Below, piece after piece: positions 60,732 to 64,000 of a stretch of DNA of 64,000 nt (its first letter is position 1; every line of letters starts with the position of its first letter). Origin of the DNA: Nanobdellati archaeon (GTDB lineage: Archaea > EX4484-52 > GLR71); assembly GCA_019429005.1 (NCBI GenBank), contig JAHYJR010000001.1, forward strand, positions 168,663 to 232,662, in the 5' to 3' direction. A program made the position numbers and the translations under genes. The notes below the pieces were generated by a model. That model was not told the DNA's origin. It did no database searches and saw only the letters and a list, made by a program, of their open reading frames with translations.

Positions 60732-61360
60732 TACTTGAAGAATTTTATGCGTTAATGTCACATAAGGATTGTGGTGAGTGTGGATTTTCTAGTTGTAGGA
60801 CCTTTGCACGAAAACTAATACGGAAAACTTCAAAAATAGAGGGTTGTAAACATCTTAATATTGGTGCATCTAAGCAGATTAACGAAATTCTTAAATGTAA
60901 AAAAATAATTCTTACAAAAGTATCAATGACTGGTAAAGGTATGCTTGTATTGCAACCTTGTCATTCTAAAGGTAAGCGTATGGCTGAATTCCAGATTAAA
61001 CCATATAATGATCTATTTGGTGTATTTGATCTTGAAGCACTTAATACTTGTATCTCTAGTTGTAAGGATTTTACAGATATAAAAAAATCTATAAATCTTG
61101 GTGTAATAACATTTTCATATTTTGAAAAGAAAGTGTTTGTATTTTCAAGCGGTCTTGTTAGGGTAAAACAAGCAAAAAGTCAAGAAGATATATTAAATGC
61201 ATCTGGATTTATACTGGAAAAAATAATTGGTTCTCTGATACTTGATGATGATGAACTCCTTTTAGAACACAAAAGTTTTGATTCTGATTTATTTGAAAAT
61301 TCAGTCTGGTATCTTTTAAACCTCAAACGGGAAGGTACAAAAATAAAGGATTTAATTTAA
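60728..61360 (+). CDS. Fe-S-binding domain protein
   Basis: DCGECGFSSCRTFA...C (CxxCxxxxC...C, RnfB/CdhE-type Fe-S domain). Confidence 0.7.
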   Translation: MILEEFYALMSHKDCGECGFSSCRTFARKLIRKTSKIEGCKHLNIGASKQINEILKCKKIILTKVSMTGKGMLVLQPCHSKGKRMAEFQIKPYNDLFGVFDLEALNTCISSCKDFTDIKKSINLGVITFSYFEKKVFVFSSGLVRVKQAKSQEDILNASGFILEKIIGSLILDDDELLLEHKSFDSDLFENSVWYLLNLKREGTKIKDLI

Positions 61361-61362
61361 AC

Positions 61363-62571
61363 CTATTTGAAAAATTCAATAGCTTCAAGAACCTTTTCTG
61401 CAAATAATGTAATCTCATTTTTAGTATTATAATAATATGCAGATGCTCTTGCAGATCCCGCAATCTTATTTTTATTAAACCATGAATGTACGCAATGTGC
61501 ACCTGAACGTATCATTATATTTGCAGATTCATCAAGTATCATTGCAATATCGTGCGGACTTATTCCTTCTACATAGAAACTGAATATTCCACCTCTTTGT
61601 GTTGAATCAGATGGTCCTATTATATTGACTTTATCTCTAAGCAGTCTTGTTGCAATATTGTTAAGCATGATTTCATGATTTTGTATGTTTTCAATACCAA
61701 TTTTGGTAAGGTAATCTATTGCAGCACCTAAACCTATTATTCCAGGATAATTTTGTAATCCTGCCTCAAATTTCTCTGGAAGTGGACTTAATTTATATGA
61801 ATCATATGTGGTATCAATTACAGTGTCACCACCGACAATAAATGGATCCATCTTTTCAAGCAATTCCTGTTTCCCATATAATACACCAACTCCATTTGGT
61901 CCGCTCATCTTATGTGATGACATAGCAAAGAAATCAACATTAAGTTTAGTGACATCAATTCTTTGGTGTGGTGTGCTTTGTGCACCGTCAAGCATCACAA
62001 GAGCACCATAGTCATGTGCAATCTTTATGATTTCTTTTGCAGGTATAGTGTATCCATCAATATTTGATGTATGTACCATGCTTACAAGTTTGACCTCTTT
62101 TGACATTATGGATTCAAATGTGCTTAAGTTAAACGTATTATCTTTATTTGATTCTATAATTTTATAATTTATGTTAGCGTTTTCTTTTAATTTAAGCCAA
62201 GGCATAAGGTTTGAATTATGTTCTTTATCTGTTGTTATTACAATATCATTCCTTTTAAGACCTAATGAATTTGCCACAAGGTTTATGCTTTCAGTTGTGT
62301 TTTTTGTAAAGATTATTTCAGAATTATTTTTTGCTCCTAAAAAAGTTTTGGTCTTATCTCGTGCAGAATCAACTTGTTCTGTCACGATTCTTGCGAATTT
62401 ATGTGTTGACCTTCCAGAACATGCAGGATATTCATTATAATATTGATTCATAGCATCAATGACTTGTTTTGGTTTAAGTGTCATGCATGCATTATCGAGA
62501 TATACTATTGGTTTATTATTAATTTTTCTTTCAAGTACTGGGAAATCTTTACGAATTTGATTAATGTTCAT
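61363..62571 (-). CDS. sufS: Cysteine desulfurase, SufS type
   Basis: VYLDNA, EHNSN, DGAQ, SSHKMSGP, RSGAHC, RASAYYYN. Confidence 0.93.
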   Translation of the reverse strand: MNINQIRKDFPVLERKINNKPIVYLDNACMTLKPKQVIDAMNQYYNEYPACSGRSTHKFARIVTEQVDSARDKTKTFLGAKNNSEIIFTKNTTESINLVANSLGLKRNDIVITTDKEHNSNLMPWLKLKENANINYKIIESNKDNTFNLSTFESIMSKEVKLVSMVHTSNIDGYTIPAKEIIKIAHDYGALVMLDGAQSTPHQRIDVTKLNVDFFAMSSHKMSGPNGVGVLYGKQELLEKMDPFIVGGDTVIDTTYDSYKLSPLPEKFEAGLQNYPGIIGLGAAIDYLTKIGIENIQNHEIMLNNIATRLLRDKVNIIGPSDSTQRGGIFSFYVEGISPHDIAMILDESANIMIRSGAHCVHSWFNKNKIAGSARASAYYYNTKNEITLFAEKVLEAIEFFK

Positions 62572-62660
62572 AGCAATCACAAGTTATAACACTGTTATAT
62601 TTTATACGTTACTTTAAATAATTTTTTATTGATTCGCGTCCTAATACTCTTTGTGAGTGT

Positions 62661-63164
62661 ATGCAATCTGAAATCTTTTATAGTATCTTACCGTTAAGAA
62701 CAGCGTTTATGGACAGTTTTATGCATCTTTTAACTGAAAGTTATCTTATATTGATACCTCTATTAATTTTATATTTTGCATACAAAAAAGATAAGAGCGT
62801 CATACCGCTTATAGTTGCAATTCTTTTGACTGTATCTGTTGTAACAATTATTAAGACTGTAGTTGCAGAACCAAGACCTTGTGATGTGTTATTGGAATTA
62901 TATCCTGATGGTTGTACAGATACGGGATATTCATTCCCTAGCAGACATACAGCAATAGTCTTTAGTGTTTTACCCTTTTTTGTAGGAAATGTATTTTATT
63001 TTATAGTATATGGTTTGTATGCTTTATTTGTTGCTTTAACCAGAGTTTATTTTGGTCTTCATTATCCTACAGATATTATCGCCGGCATGATTTTTGGTTA
63101 TCTGATTGGATATTTTTGTATTAAACATAAAGAAAAGATTGATTCTATTTTTAATATATACTGA
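62661..63164 (+). CDS. PAP2-family phosphatase (lipid-carrier pyrophosphate phosphatase-like)
   Basis: KTVVAEPRP, SFPSRH, TRVYFGLHYPTD. Confidence 0.9.
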   Translation: MQSEIFYSILPLRTAFMDSFMHLLTESYLILIPLLILYFAYKKDKSVIPLIVAILLTVSVVTIIKTVVAEPRPCDVLLELYPDGCTDTGYSFPSRHTAIVFSVLPFFVGNVFYFIVYGLYALFVALTRVYFGLHYPTDIIAGMIFGYLIGYFCIKHKEKIDSIFNIY

Positions 63165-63249
63165 AGAGGGTCGTATTGAAATTACAAAAACTTATGACCT
63201 TGTAACTAAAAATTGTATAACAAATATTACACCTAAGGCGTAGGATAAT

Positions 63250-64000
63250 TTAATTTTTAATTATCCTAACACTTTTTATTCCTTGTTCTGTTACGCTATC
63301 GATTTCAATGGTAGCGTTTCTTAATTTAATTTTTTCGCCTTTTTTAGGAATCTTTTGAAGTTTATGTATTATGTATCCTGCAATTGTATCAAAATGATCA
63401 TCTTTTAATTTAAGATTTAGGTATCGATTTACTTTTGAAATTGGTGCTTTTGCGTCAACTTCACTAATTTTATTATTTATTTTTTTGATAAATATGCTTT
63501 CACCCTTACTTTTATCAAATACATCTCCTACAATTTCATTTAATATATTCTCAACTGTTACAAGACCCGAGACATAACTGTGTTCATCTACAATAATAAC
63601 TAATGGTTGTTTTTTATCTTCAAATTCTGTTAATAATGTATCAATCTTTTTAGATTCTGGTACAAAATATGCTGGTCTTATTATTTTTTTGATTAATATA
63701 TCTATATCTTTTTTTTCAATATATTTTAAAGTGTCATCAATATCTAATATACCGAGAATTACATTTGTATTTCCTGAATATACTGGATATTTTGAATGTT
63801 TTGATTTTACAATTATATGAATATTATCTTTTATTTTTGTTTCGCCATCAATGAAGGTTATATCTACTTTTGGTGTCATAATATCTACAACTTTAGTGCC
63901 TTTAAATTCAAGTATATTATGCATCATTTCAGCAGTTTCTCTATTTAAAATACCTTCATTTTTACCAATTGTTACAATTGTTTTTAGTTCATCTTCAGAC
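63250..64000 (-). CDS. CorB/CorC-HlyC (CNNM-family) CBS-domain protein, 5' end beyond window
   Basis: Frame open past 63927 (SEDELKTIVTIGKNEG); IMTP, HSKYPV, FVPESK, DTIAGYII. Confidence 0.9.
   Translation of the reverse strand, partial: SEDELKTIVTIGKNEGILNRETAEMMHNILEFKGTKVVDIMTPKVDITFIDGETKIKDNIHIIVKSKHSKYPVYSGNTNVILGILDIDDTLKYIEKKDIDILIKKIIRPAYFVPESKKIDTLLTEFEDKKQPLVIIVDEHSYVSGLVTVENILNEIVGDVFDKSKGESIFIKKINNKISEVDAKAPISKVNRYLNLKLKDDHFDTIAGYIIHKLQKIPKKGEKIKLRNATIEIDSVTEQGIKSVRIIKN

Noticed and set aside
62583-62599. GTTATAACACTGTTATA resembling the 33.2-kb boxes
   Set aside because: Isolated AT-rich match that could arise by chance; no array.

Overview
AT-rich archaeal chromosome segment. 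It looks DPANN-like (GatDE, archaeal r-proteins incl. eS26, class III pilins, PolB with a CxCC insert); that lineage call is inference. In order: a surface-glycan cluster with two AsnB-type amidotransferases and an RHH-nucleotidyltransferase fusion; polB, map and eS26; a type IV pilus locus with 8 pilin-like genes behind a perfect 65-bp tandem repeat; gatD-HD-gatE; an unusual 30.8-37.1 kb region; tRNA-Gln(CUG), alaS, GATase-dph6, the P1/P0/L1/L11/spt5/secE/ftsZ cluster, gdh, leuS, minD; and a ThiF/ThiI/Fe-S/SufS sulfur cluster. The standout is the 30.8-37.1 kb region. A coiled-coil/winged-helix gene carries seven GTTACAACA boxes at exact 21-bp spacing inside its coding sequence. A near-identical palindrome, TGTTATAACA, is arrayed just after its stop codon, at the start of a ~1.9-kb strongly skewed non-coding region. 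Three further motif families occur in and around that region, and two more wHTH genes flank it. This resembles an iteron/initiator (or terminus/partition) module with no orc1/cdc6 in the window. All product calls come from motif recognition by eye; no searches were run.
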